Origin: Bacteroidota bacterium
GTDB lineage: Bacteria; Bacteroidota; Bacteroidia; Bacteroidales; JACABE01
Direction: 5' to 3'
Assembly: GCA_026391675.1 (NCBI GenBank)
Contig: JAPLDQ010000021.1
Span: 94,060 to 158,059, forward strand
Length of the DNA stretch: 64,000 nucleotides
The notes beneath the pieces are model-generated. The model saw nothing but the letters and a program-made list of their open reading frames with translations. It was not told the DNA's origin and ran no database searches. Numbering within the stretch: position 1 is the first letter of the stretch; each line of letters opens with the position of its first letter. Made by a program: the position numbers and the translations under genes. This document shows, piece by piece, positions 49,203 through 58,124 of this stretch.

Positions 49203-50285
49203 TTACAATTTTCTTTTCTTAAAATGCAAACTATCACCATATTCACCATAGCCAATTTCATCACCTGATATATGAATCCGGGCTTCAAGACAGTTTTTGC
49301 ATTCGCTGGCTTCTTCGTCAATACAGGGTTTATCTTCATATAACAAATAACTATCACGGTATTTGACCGGAGTCAGATTCGGCATAATAATATTGCTTCC
49401 CACTTTAATGGCTTTTTCCCTTCCCAGTTTATCCAGAGTTTGCATGGCTGTAGTGGCTGCAATATTAATGTCTTTCATCATGATGCGCAGCAAAGCAACC
49501 ATTTTCAATGATAAGTCAAAACGTTCTTTTTTTGACATCAGCAAATGCCGGTACTGGTATAAAGGTGTATCTTCATGTTCAATATATGGTCCCATGCCGG
49601 CCATATCAATATCAAATGCTTTAAAGAACAGCAGATCATCAGCCAAATCTTCTATAGTTTGAAAAGGCAAACCTATCATTACACCGGTGCCAACCTGATA
49701 ACCTGTCTTACGCAATAAATGCAGGGCATTTAATCGGGTTGTATAATCATGCGTCTTATTATTGGGATGTAACTTGCGGTATAATTCAGGATTGCTGGCT
49801 TCAATACGCAGTAAATAACGTCTGGCTCCGGCTTCACGCCATTTTATCAGTGTTGCTTCTGATTGTTCTCCCAAAGAAAGGGTAATGCCCATTTCATTGT
49901 TGGTGATTTCGTTTATTTTATGTAATAATCGGGTTATCTGATCAACGAATTTTTTATTGCTGCGTTCACCGGCCTGTATTACCAGCGAAGCATATTTATT
50001 GTCATGAGCGTATTTAACAGCTTCCAGAACTTCATCCTCAGTAACATAATAGCGGCTCAGCTTTTTGTTTCCACTGCGGATTCCACAATAAAAACAATTC
50101 TTTGCACATATATTGGAAAACTCAATTAAGCCACGGAAATAAACCTTATTGCCGACAAATTCTTTTTTAATTGCAGCAGCTTTTTCGAATATTTTAAGCT
50201 TTTCTTTACCATCAGCCTTCAGTAATTCAACTAAGTCTGATTTGGTAAAATTATCCTTTTGTAATATTTCCTCTATTCTTGTCAT
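49203..50285 (-). CDS. hydE: [FeFe]-hydrogenase H-cluster radical SAM maturase HydE
   Basis: ..IEFSNICAKNCFYCGIRSGN.., ..ITLSLGE.., ..GARRYLLRIE..N..LY..L.P.., ..GVMIGLPFQTIEDLADDLLF.. and ..ATTAM.. follow Thermotoga HydE closely. Confidence 0.85.
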   Translation of the reverse strand: MTRIEEILQKDNFTKSDLVELLKADGKEKLKIFEKAAAIKKEFVGNKVYFRGLIEFSNICAKNCFYCGIRSGNKKLSRYYVTEDEVLEAVKYAHDNKYASLVIQAGERSNKKFVDQITRLLHKINEITNNEMGITLSLGEQSEATLIKWREAGARRYLLRIEASNPELYRKLHPNNKTHDYTTRLNALHLLRKTGYQVGTGVMIGLPFQTIEDLADDLLFFKAFDIDMAGMGPYIEHEDTPLYQYRHLLMSKKERFDLSLKMVALLRIMMKDINIAATTAMQTLDKLGREKAIKVGSNIIMPNLTPVKYRDSYLLYEDKPCIDEEASECKNCLEARIHISGDEIGYGEYGDSLHFKKRKL

Positions 50286-50350
50286 ATTAATTTAGAAGTT
50301 AGAATTCAGAATTCAGAATGTCTAATTCGTAATTTTTAATTCGTAATTGA

Positions 50351-50635
50351 TTACACTGCCATTACAAAACCCGGAATTTCTTTAATTCTGGTATATAAAG
50401 TTTGCATTTGTTTTTCATCTTTGATATTTAAATGTACAGTGTAACTTAAATAATTTTGTTTTTTGCTTTCGCTCACGCTGATTTCATCATAGCTTAAACC
50501 GCAATCCTCAATTGCAATACCGATATGAGTACGGTTGACAACATCAGGGAAAGTACTGTTACAAATAACCTTAAAATTAATAATTATTGGGAAATTAATT
50601 TTGCTTCCACAGAATGATTCTTCTTTAATATTCAT
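50351..50635 (-). CDS. DUF493 (YbeD-like, ACT-fold) small protein
   Basis: FPIIINFKVICN....SESKKQNYLSYTVHLNIKDEKQMQTLYTRIKEIPGFVMAV aligns with E. coli YbeD FPTPFTYKVMG....[39 protein letters not shown] (from memory). Confidence 0.6.
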   Translation of the reverse strand: MNIKEESFCGSKINFPIIINFKVICNSTFPDVVNRTHIGIAIEDCGLSYDEISVSESKKQNYLSYTVHLNIKDEKQMQTLYTRIKEIPGFVMAV

Positions 50636-50692
50636 TGAGTTTATAAAGTTATAAAGTTCATAAAGTTTTTAAAGTGATTTCTATTTGATATG

Positions 50693-51910
50693 TTACAGAT
50701 AATCCGTTTTATGCTTTTCAATATTTACAAAAGGAGCAATTGCTCTTTCGTATATCCCATGTACATAAGCTATGGCCATACCATAATTACTTACAGGAAT
50801 ACCAGCATCAACAGCAGGTTTTAATCTGTTTATCACTTGTTTTTTAGTAAGTACACATCCTCCGCATTGAATAGCCATTGCATATTCATGAATATCACGA
50901 GGTAATTTACTTAAACCGGCAACCACTTCATATTCCAGTTTTTTACCCGTAAAGTTAGTCAGCCAGCGGGGTATTTTCATTCTTCCAATATCGTCACAGC
51001 TAACATGATGTGTGCATGATTCAAGTATAAGCACGCGGTCACCATCTTTTAATCTTGCAATATGAGGTGTTCCTTTAATACAGTTTTCGAAATCTCCTTT
51101 CTGACGGGCCATTATAATGCTAAAACTTGTCAGTGGAATATCTTTTGGAACCGCTGCATCCGCTTTCAAAAAAACCTGACTGTCAGTTATAACCAGTTTT
51201 GGCCTGGGCTGCATTATTTTAATATATGCATCAACTTCTCTTTCCTTACAAACAATAGCTATGCCGTCATTATCCAGTATATCCCTTAATACCTGAACCT
51301 GGGGTAAAATCATTCTGCCTTCCGGAGCTTCAATATCAATAGGTGTTATTAAAAGCACACTGTCGCCATATTGAATTAAATCACCTATAAGCGTTTTCTT
51401 TAGATAAGCTGTTTCGGGCATTAACTCCTGAATGGCAGTAATAATGTCATTTAAATTATCAGGTTTAAACGTACTGAAATCAATGATTCTGGCAGTAATT
51501 TTAGTTTTTAATGCAGAATTTAATGCTTCAATATCTGATTTGTTATGAACAATGAAATAAGGGATAGCATAATCGTTAAAATCAACTATGAGTTTTTCTT
51601 CTTCTATACCATAAGTATTGGCAGTAATAAGTAAAATGGCTAAATCTACTGTTTTTAATGCTTCCTGGGTTTTGGCAATACGTTTTTGACCTAATTCTCC
51701 TACATCATCTATACCGGCAGTGTCAACCAAAATAACAGCTCCAATACCGCTTATTTCCATTGATTTCTTAACAGGATCGGTCGTAGTTCCTGCAATTTCA
51801 GATACTATGGCAATTTCCTGTCCGGCCAGTGCATTAATTAAGGAACTTTTACCATTGTTCCGTCTGCCGAAAATACCTATATGCGGTTTTGCATCTTTAC
51901 CTTTGCTCAT
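50693..51910 (-). CDS. hydF: [FeFe]-hydrogenase H-cluster maturation GTPase HydF
   Basis: G1 GRRNNGKSSLINAL, G2 ..GTTTDPV, G3 DTAGID, G4 NKSD, and C-terminal cluster cysteines ..CTHH...C.. and ..QCGGC... Confidence 0.85.
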   Translation of the reverse strand: MSKGKDAKPHIGIFGRRNNGKSSLINALAGQEIAIVSEIAGTTTDPVKKSMEISGIGAVILVDTAGIDDVGELGQKRIAKTQEALKTVDLAILLITANTYGIEEEKLIVDFNDYAIPYFIVHNKSDIEALNSALKTKITARIIDFSTFKPDNLNDIITAIQELMPETAYLKKTLIGDLIQYGDSVLLITPIDIEAPEGRMILPQVQVLRDILDNDGIAIVCKEREVDAYIKIMQPRPKLVITDSQVFLKADAAVPKDIPLTSFSIIMARQKGDFENCIKGTPHIARLKDGDRVLILESCTHHVSCDDIGRMKIPRWLTNFTGKKLEYEVVAGLSKLPRDIHEYAMAIQCGGCVLTKKQVINRLKPAVDAGIPVSNYGMAIAYVHGIYERAIAPFVNIEKHKTDYL

Positions 51911-52017
51911 AATTATTAACGAAATTCATTTAAATAACAAATTCGACGGCAAAGTTAAGCAATAAATAAAAGATATAGGGGCGATTTGATATAAATTTCT
52001 TACAGAAAATTAAAAGA

Positions 52018-53463
52018 CTAATTATGCAAATCTTCAATGCCAAATCCTGTTTTTAAGAGATTTTCAGGTTTTAAAATCTGAAGCAGTTTACTTTCGTCAA
52101 CGAAGGCTAATCTATGATTGGCTTCAAAAATATCCAGATTTTCTGCTTTCATTAATTTAGCCAGTTCAGAAGCTTTGTTATAACCTATATAAACCGCTAA
52201 AGCTGTAGTAATGGCAGGACTTTTATATAATCTTTCCAGCGCTGTTGCTTTGTTAATAATTAAACCTTCAAAAACATTATTTAGCAGAGTTTGATCACAG
52301 GCAATTAACAATCTTATACTTTCGAGCATTGCATTACCAATCGATGGCAAATAAGCATTCAAATCGAGACAACCCCTTGCAGAAAGTGAACTTATCAGCA
52401 TATCATTAGCATAAACCTGTTGTGATGCACTGATTACAAATTCAATAATTACAGGGTTAACTTTTCCGGGCATTATGCTGCTACCGGCTTGTTTCTGAGG
52501 AATAATAAATTCTTTATTTCCTGAAATATCAGAAGATAACAAACGGATATCCGATGCAATTTTCTCAAGATTAACAGCATGGGCTTTTAAAATGGCATGA
52601 ACTTCAACAAAGCAGTCCAGATTATTGGTAGCATCCGGCAGATTTTCCGAACGGCTTACAGTAGTTTTTGATATCTGCTGAAGCTGGTTAACCACTTCCA
52701 TGATAAAAAAGCGGGGTACACCTAAACCTGTTCCCACAGCACTGCCACCGAGATTAAGCACTTTAATCCTTTCAAAGCATTTCGAAACCCGCCACCAGTC
52801 ACGGGATAAAGCTTCACTATAGGTACTGAAAAGCTTCCCGAATGAAGAAGGAACAGCTTGCTGCATCTGGGTGTAAGCAATGCGCAAATCATTACGGCAA
52901 TCTGCTTCAATGGATTCAACTTTAGTACGGAATAAATTGATATTATTTTCCAGCTCATTCAGCAAATGTATGCAGGCAAGTTTTAAAGCAGAAGGAATTA
53001 CATCATTGGTAGACTGGTAGATATTGGCATGTTCAATAGGATCTATTTCATTATAGCTTCCCAATGGAAGATTAAGCTTTTGCAGGGCAAGATTGGCAAT
53101 AATTTCATTGATGTTCATATTGATACTGGTACCTGCACCACCTTGAATTGCCGGTACTATAAATGAATCAAAATGCCTGCCTTCAGCTATTTCCACAGCA
53201 GCCTGGCAAAGCGCATCAAGAATATCATCATTAATTAAAGCAAAAGGAAGATCTTTGGCAGTATACTTTTGTAACAAAGCTTTTGAATAATTTATATAGG
53301 TTTGGTAATAAGCAAGTTTAACTTCGCCTACAGCCTTATACCATGCAATTTCAAAACGGGAAGTATCCGGAAAATTTTCTTTTGCTCTCAGTGAATGTAT
53401 TCCATATATTGCTTCATCAGGAATTTCTTTAATTCCAATTAAATCAGATTCTTTACGCATCAT
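52018..53463 (-). CDS. aspartate ammonia-lyase family (fumarate-lyase superfamily) protein
   Basis: The superfamily signature GSSIMPGKVNP, plus ..QSTNDV.. and ..GGSAVGTG... Confidence 0.75.
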   Translation of the reverse strand: MMRKESDLIGIKEIPDEAIYGIHSLRAKENFPDTSRFEIAWYKAVGEVKLAYYQTYINYSKALLQKYTAKDLPFALINDDILDALCQAAVEIAEGRHFDSFIVPAIQGGAGTSINMNINEIIANLALQKLNLPLGSYNEIDPIEHANIYQSTNDVIPSALKLACIHLLNELENNINLFRTKVESIEADCRNDLRIAYTQMQQAVPSSFGKLFSTYSEALSRDWWRVSKCFERIKVLNLGGSAVGTGLGVPRFFIMEVVNQLQQISKTTVSRSENLPDATNNLDCFVEVHAILKAHAVNLEKIASDIRLLSSDISGNKEFIIPQKQAGSSIMPGKVNPVIIEFVISASQQVYANDMLISSLSARGCLDLNAYLPSIGNAMLESIRLLIACDQTLLNNVFEGLIINKATALERLYKSPAITTALAVYIGYNKASELAKLMKAENLDIFEANHRLAFVDESKLLQILKPENLLKTGFGIEDLHN

Positions 53464-53565
53464 GAAGTAAATTTATTTATACAAAATTAAGCAAATGTTT
53501 GAATGTAGGGAAATAATATGTTTATATGTTAATACGATGATATGGTAAACTCTGTTTAAACCTAA

Positions 53566-53600
53566 AAGAGCCCTGAATTTACTGAAATTACAGGGCTCTT
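53566..53600. terminator. hairpin AAGAGCCCTG...CAGGGCTCTT flanked by A/T runs (usable on both strands)
   Basis: A 10-bp perfect stem lying downstream of the minus-strand TPR gene. Confidence 0.55.
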
Positions 53601-53676
53601 TTTATGATATAAATAAGTACTTATAATTTTTTAATAACTCAATAACCTATTAACTTAATAACTTAATAGCTAATAA

Positions 53677-54300
53677 CTACTTAATAAGACTCAAGCCTTC
53701 CAAAGCAGAAGCATCAGCAGGACGGTTCATTATTGCTTTATTAAATAATACTTTGGCTTCCCTTGTTTTTTGCAGGAAATAATCACACCAGGCATACATA
53801 ATCAAAGCATCATAATCAAATGGATAGAGATCAGCTAAAATTTCAAAATGCTTAACTGCTGCCATATAATTTTTTTTGCCATAAAAAATTAAACCCATTC
53901 TGTAATTAGCTGTGTAATTTTTAGGGTCTATCTTGAGAATTTCAATGTATTGCGTTTTTACCTGTTCCCAGTTTCCTAAAGCAGCTGCAGGATTAACATA
54001 GCCTAATTTGGCTTCAATTGACAATGGCATCAGCGCTATTGATTTCTGGTAATAAGCTGTTGATTCAGTAAATAGTCCTGATAAATAAGTTAACCAGCCT
54101 AAACGTAAATTTAATTCGTAAGATTTTTCTTCATATACTTTTTTCAGTACATCTATCGCCTTGGAATATTCAGCCTTTTTTTCAAATTGATAGCTTTGTG
54201 AAAATGCTTCCTGAATATCTTTGTAATTCTGAGCATACGTATAATTTAACATAAAAAAGGCAATCAAGCCCAATAGCATTGTTTTTTTTAAAGTGTCCAT
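53677..54300 (-). CDS. secreted tetratricopeptide-repeat protein
   Basis: Signal peptide and several 34-aa TPR-like units (..A..YY.KSI...P....A..). Confidence 0.7.
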   Translation of the reverse strand: MDTLKKTMLLGLIAFFMLNYTYAQNYKDIQEAFSQSYQFEKKAEYSKAIDVLKKVYEEKSYELNLRLGWLTYLSGLFTESTAYYQKSIALMPLSIEAKLGYVNPAAALGNWEQVKTQYIEILKIDPKNYTANYRMGLIFYGKKNYMAAVKHFEILADLYPFDYDALIMYAWCDYFLQKTREAKVLFNKAIMNRPADASALEGLSLIK

Positions 54301-55649
54301 TTTAGTCCTCCTATAATTGTATTGTTTTGATAATTTACTGTATATGAATTTATTGTAGCTAAATCTAATTGTGTATAATAGGTACTTTCCTTACTTAAAA
54401 GTTGATACCTCAAAGATAATTCAATTTTTTCTGACAAAGAATAAATTAATGATAAACCAGCCTTAAATTTTAATACGTCAGGAATATTATATACAATAAA
54501 GGCATTTTTTTCATTATAGTTTTCCATCTGACCAATTGTAACAGAAGCTTCTGTCCACAATTTGCTAAAAACTTTAAACCCGATCATCTGATCAAAAATA
54601 AGCCGGGTTTCTTTTATACTTCCCTGACCCTGTGTTGAAGACTTCTTCTGGAAAAAACAGGTTAAATTTGTATTTGAATATAAATCAAGATTTCCAAATG
54701 GAAAATAAGTAAGGGATAATCCACCCTCAATTTGTGTGCCCTTATTCAGATTCGAATATGTCCCAAAAATCCCAACAGAAGCTTTTATCAATTCTTTAGT
54801 TAAAGCCAGAGATACGACATAATTTGACACATTTATTTCAGAATTTAATATCTTACTATTATTAAAAAATACAGTATCAGGCTCTAACATATAAGAGACG
54901 GTATTTACATGAATATAATGAAATGCAGGAGTTATTTTTAACCCATTTTTTAATTGATAGTCAGCATTGATATAATATTCGTTCTGAGAAACGTTATAGT
55001 TAATTGTAGTATCTTTATCAAAAATACAGATGATTCTTCTTTTATCAATATTCAGATGACTAAAGCCATGGTATATACTAAGTCTTGGTGTAATATCATG
55101 TTTCATGCCCAGATGTCCGTAAAAAATATCACTGTTTAAATCTGTTTCACCATAAATATTGGCTGGTCCATTGATATCAAAAGCAGTTGTTCTTGCAATA
55201 TTGTTACTTTTTGAAACACCACTTTCAACATAAATGCTGTTAATATATTTTTTCTTATAACGAACATTGTTAATTACAACATCATTCATTTTAGTTGTAA
55301 AATAATTGGCATCGGTTGTTCTTCCGGATAGAAGATAACTGTAATATAAATATTGCTGATTGGCAGGATCATCAGTGTTGAATTCAAATGCTTTTTCAAA
55401 GTGGTAAGCTGCCATCCTGTAATCAGCATTGGAATAATAAGCAACACCAATACGATACCGTAAATAAAAATAATCAACACCTTCGCTTATAGCTAGTTCT
55501 CCAACTTCAATTAATTTATTATAGTCTTTTTGAAGATATAAAGTTAAAGTAATTTGCTCTATATTTTTTGTAGTCTCCTGAGCTTTAATATTATAATTAA
55601 TTAATAAAATAGAAAAAAGTATAGCTATTAATATCGTTTTTTTAATCAT
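54288..55649 (-). CDS. secreted protein with N-terminal TPR-like repeats followed by a probable outer-membrane beta-barrel
   Basis: Signal peptide and TPR-like units at about residues 30-115. After that come about 330 residues of alternating hydrophobic/polar beta-strand pattern rich in Y/G/N/S/T. It overlaps the downstream gene by 13 nt. Confidence 0.5.
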   Translation of the reverse strand: MIKKTILIAILFSILLINYNIKAQETTKNIEQITLTLYLQKDYNKLIEVGELAISEGVDYFYLRYRIGVAYYSNADYRMAAYHFEKAFEFNTDDPANQQYLYYSYLLSGRTTDANYFTTKMNDVVINNVRYKKKYINSIYVESGVSKSNNIARTTAFDINGPANIYGETDLNSDIFYGHLGMKHDITPRLSIYHGFSHLNIDKRRIICIFDKDTTINYNVSQNEYYINADYQLKNGLKITPAFHYIHVNTVSYMLEPDTVFFNNSKILNSEINVSNYVVSLALTKELIKASVGIFGTYSNLNKGTQIEGGLSLTYFPFGNLDLYSNTNLTCFFQKKSSTQGQGSIKETRLIFDQMIGFKVFSKLWTEASVTIGQMENYNEKNAFIVYNIPDVLKFKAGLSLIYSLSEKIELSLRYQLLSKESTYYTQLDLATINSYTVNYQNNTIIGGLKWTL

Positions 55650-55665
55650 ATATTTTTTAAGAAAT

Positions 55666-57873
55666 TTATTCCAGAATTATTCTATTTGCATGAAAACTAT
55701 TATCTCCCTGTTGAACATGCAGCGTATCAATCATATTATCTTTAATAGTAATAGCAAATTTTAATTCCTTGGTAATTAGTTTTCCGATTTTTATAGTGGT
55801 TTTAGATTCCATTTCGATATCACTGTTTACAAAATCATCTTTCTTTGATATATAAGTAAGTTCAAATTTTGATTTCATGAAAATATAGAAGGGTGCAATA
55901 AAATCCTGTGCAATAAGTAATATTTTATTGGCAGTTTTATGTAAAGGGTAAATATCTTCGATAACTAAATCTTTATAAAAACCATTCATAACTTTATAGT
56001 TTGCCAGATAAAAATAGTATAATAATGAATTTTTACTGCCTTCGTAATGCGTAAAATAGTGGAAGCTGCCATCATTATAAAAATATGCTCTTGCTTCAGT
56101 AGTTTCACAATAAATCAAAGATTGATTGTTCACATCTACCTGAATTTCCCATATAAAATCTTTACTTATATGTTTCTTTTCATTGACTACTTTAAATTTA
56201 ATACGCTGGCCGGGTATAAAATGATAAGCTTTGTATAATGACTGGTTTTTCTCAATATTTGAAATACGATCACCTTCCAGGGGTTTCATATAGGACTGTA
56301 GCTGAAACTTTTCATCTTTATGTAAAATATAGTGTCCTAAAGGGTAATCTAATGTTTTTGACCCAATAAATGGGGTGGCCTGTAATTGAAAATGTATATG
56401 TGGCTGGGGAGAACGACCTGAATTACCACAATTGGCAATTACGTCACCTTTTTTTATATAAGCACCAACTTCAACCTTTATACTTTCTTTTTTAATGTGA
56501 CTTATTTTACTGAATAACAAATCAGTATGACGCATAATAACAGTATTACCCCAATTTTGTTCGGTATTTACATCACCAATATTATTATCGTCAATATTAT
56601 CGTATATTTGCTCTATCCAGCCATTAGCAGGTGCAATAATTGGTTTATTATAACAAAAATAATCAGATAAACTTAATCCTGTGCCATTAAACATCATACC
56701 GGTCTCATCAGCAATTTCGAAATCAAAAGCATGTTTCCAGTCGGCTTTATGTGTTATTTTACCATTATGAGCCTGTGTAACTCTCCATTCGCCCCAGAAA
56801 GGCAACGCAATAGGAATGATATATGAATTACGGAACCTGCCTAAATTGTTTTTTTGTGTATACAAGTTGATTTCAGGAGAAAACTGTTGTACCGCTACAA
56901 TTTCCGGTTTTAAATAAAATCTCTCCCTGAATTTCAGTATATACAGAAATACGAGTACTACTATATTAAATGGTAAAGAAAATACTGATAACTGATAGAT
57001 AGATAGGATTGTACTTGTACTTGTCAATAGAATTGAAATAATTGGTACAAGTAATAATACCCAAAGAAACGAATATTTTGAAGAAACTATAAAAAAACCA
57101 CCGATAGCAATTGCACTAAGAATATAATTAAAGCCGATATAACCATAACTTAATTCAGTGATATTAGCTCCGATTATCTTATAAAATAGATAAGCACAGG
57201 CAAAACCGAATACCGAAAGCATAAAACCAATGCGGGAATAAAAAAGCAAACCTGCAGCAACAATTAAACCTGCAAATAAATGATATTGAAAAAATATTGC
57301 GCCCAAAGAGCGGAAATATAAAATAACGTATTCAGGCAGATTCAGATTATCAAACCATTCGTAGATACGAACCAAAGTAAATCCTCCAATGGCATACATT
57401 TCATTCAATTGAAAAATTCCTCTTTCGCTGATGGTAAGTGTTTTGAATTCACGGGCAGCAAGTGTTACCAACCATATCACAATTAAAAAAGAAACACTAA
57501 GAAAAGGTAAGCCATATTTACCGATAACACCTTCTAAAACCACTGTTATCAGAAGTGTAAGTAGAGCTGCAAAAAACAATATGGCGAAAAATTGTAAATT
57601 GGGTTCATAATATACACCCAAACCTAAAGCTACCAGCAAACTGTTAAAACCATAATATCCGGAAATGATATTATGACGGTTAAAACCAATTAAATATGCA
57701 GCAGTATTTGATACAGTTACGGCAATAATTCCGCTCAAACCGGCATAAAGATCGAAAAATGTTACAATTACCAGCAAACATGCAAAAACAATGTTTTTTG
57801 AAAAAAATATCTGAGAATAGCTGTTAAGCAAGCTCTGAATATAATGAGGAAATAAACTTCTTAGTTTCTGCAT
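55666..57873 (-). CDS. fusion protein: N-terminal urea-transporter (UT)-like polytopic domain, M23 metallopeptidase domain and an unknown C-terminal domain
   Basis: UT-like ..LLNSYSQIFF.. with the duplicated signatures ..GYYGFNSLLVALGLG.. and ..GYIGFNYILSAIAIGG... M23 ..NCGNSGRSPQPHIHFQL.. is preceded by ..WKHAFDFEI.. and ..WGNTVIMRH... Confidence 0.65.
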   Translation of the reverse strand: MQKLRSLFPHYIQSLLNSYSQIFFSKNIVFACLLVIVTFFDLYAGLSGIIAVTVSNTAAYLIGFNRHNIISGYYGFNSLLVALGLGVYYEPNLQFFAILFFAALLTLLITVVLEGVIGKYGLPFLSVSFLIVIWLVTLAAREFKTLTISERGIFQLNEMYAIGGFTLVRIYEWFDNLNLPEYVILYFRSLGAIFFQYHLFAGLIVAAGLLFYSRIGFMLSVFGFACAYLFYKIIGANITELSYGYIGFNYILSAIAIGGFFIVSSKYSFLWVLLLVPIISILLTSTSTILSIYQLSVFSLPFNIVVLVFLYILKFRERFYLKPEIVAVQQFSPEINLYTQKNNLGRFRNSYIIPIALPFWGEWRVTQAHNGKITHKADWKHAFDFEIADETGMMFNGTGLSLSDYFCYNKPIIAPANGWIEQIYDNIDDNNIGDVNTEQNWGNTVIMRHTDLLFSKISHIKKESIKVEVGAYIKKGDVIANCGNSGRSPQPHIHFQLQATPFIGSKTLDYPLGHYILHKDEKFQLQSYMKPLEGDRISNIEKNQSLYKAYHFIPGQRIKFKVVNEKKHISKDFIWEIQVDVNNQSLIYCETTEARAYFYNDGSFHYFTHYEGSKNSLLYYFYLANYKVMNGFYKDLVIEDIYPLHKTANKILLIAQDFIAPFYIFMKSKFELTYISKKDDFVNSDIEMESKTTIKIGKLITKELKFAITIKDNMIDTLHVQQGDNSFHANRIILE

Positions 57874-58124
57874 AAATTTTTTATCAAATCATTGATTTGC
57901 TTTTGCAAATATAGTTTTTTTAGATTTAGACTTGCAATATTAACAGTTTTTACTCTACGCTATATTATAAAATTTCTAAAATTTGTTATAAAATATTAAG
58001 TAAAAATTATAAATGAGATCTGAAATTTTGAAGTATTAATTAAACTTAGACACCAATTTAATTAAATTCCTTCGTTTGAAAATGAAAATAAATTACTTTT
58101 GTATCTCATTTAATCAATATTTAT

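Noticed and set aside
50351-50635. Calling the 94-aa protein the TM1266-type iron-only hydrogenase system regulator
   Set aside because: Its position would fit. However, the FP....FKV... start and the SK.(N)Y.S....I......Q.LY block align better with YbeD/DUF493 by eye. This needs an HMM to settle, so it is reported as DUF493 with that caveat.
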